Part shown: in pieces, positions 63,828 to 64,000 of the stretch
How positions within the stretch are numbered: position 1 is the first letter of the stretch
How the letters are laid out: every line of letters begins with the position of its first letter
Notes under the pieces: generated by a model
Databases searched by the model: none
The model's input: only the letters and a program-made list of their open reading frames with translations
Told to the model about the DNA's origin: nothing
Made by a program: the position numbers and the translations under genes
Virus record (IMG/VR): IMGVR_UViG_3300030419_006277
Location: 1 to 64,000 of that record
Source of the DNA: an uncultured virus (IMG/VR IMGVR_UViG_3300030419_006277)
Lineage: Duplodnaviria; Heunggongvirae; Uroviricota; Caudoviricetes
DNA: 64,000 bases
Strand: one strand, 5' to 3'

Positions 63828-64000
63828 TCAGAATGAATATTTAGCTCCGAGTTTGGTTCCCCAAGCATTGTCAGTGTCACCTTCAGCTGTAAGAACTGAG
63901 ATTTCACCATAGATACCTAGATTTTCATTAAGTTCAACATTTCCACCAACTTTTCCAGATAGTTGAGTATCATTGTCAGTTCCGTCGACCGCCACTATTG
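63828..64000 (-). CDS. 3' end of an outer-membrane beta-barrel/porin-like protein (partial)
   Basis: Manual translation ...LSGKVGG.V...ENLGIYGEIS...WGTKLGAKYSF; alternating strands and terminal Phe. Confidence 0.75.
   Translation of the reverse strand, partial: IVAVDGTDNDTQLSGKVGGNVELNENLGIYGEISVLTAEGDTDNAWGTKLGAKYSF

Noticed and set aside
1..64000. tRNA/rRNA genes, integrase, DNA polymerase, primase/helicase, psbA
   Set aside because: No recognisable motifs found by eye; they may lie outside the window. A tRNAscan-SE and HMM run would be needed to exclude them firmly.

Overview
This 64 kb window is a segment of a tailed dsDNA phage genome, almost certainly a marine cyanophage of Prochlorococcus or Synechococcus. 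Host markers include a phage-type hli gene, an NblA-like gene, five 2OG-Fe(II) oxygenases and a cyanobacterial-type beta-barrel fragment. Layout: (1) 1-11.2 kb, leftward early-type region of small ORFs. (2) 11.23-11.97 kb, divergent control region with a sigma70-like promoter, a cyanobacterial LexA-box match and a perfect HLR1/RpaB-type site. (3) 12-42 kb, rightward morphogenesis region: Gly-rich candidate internal/ejection proteins, terminase, portal overlapping a scaffold, major capsid protein and many fibre/chaperone pairs. (4) 42-64 kb, mixed accessory, lysis-like, modification and auxiliary genes. I recognised no tRNA, rRNA, integrase, polymerase, tape measure or canonical CRISPR array. 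The standout is 6585-8021 (minus strand). A stand-alone RAMP/Cas7-like gene and a translationally coupled partner gene are flanked by two non-coding arrays of 5-nt units. Each unit is a pyrimidine-rich triplet (mostly YTC) plus a variable dinucleotide. Both arrays end in the same CCCAACACGCTT segment and a covarying hairpin. This looks like a compact phage RNA-guided system with a non-contiguous guide code (VIPR-like, but with a YTC-NN rather than GGY-NN unit). All family assignments are by eye from motifs; no database searches were run.
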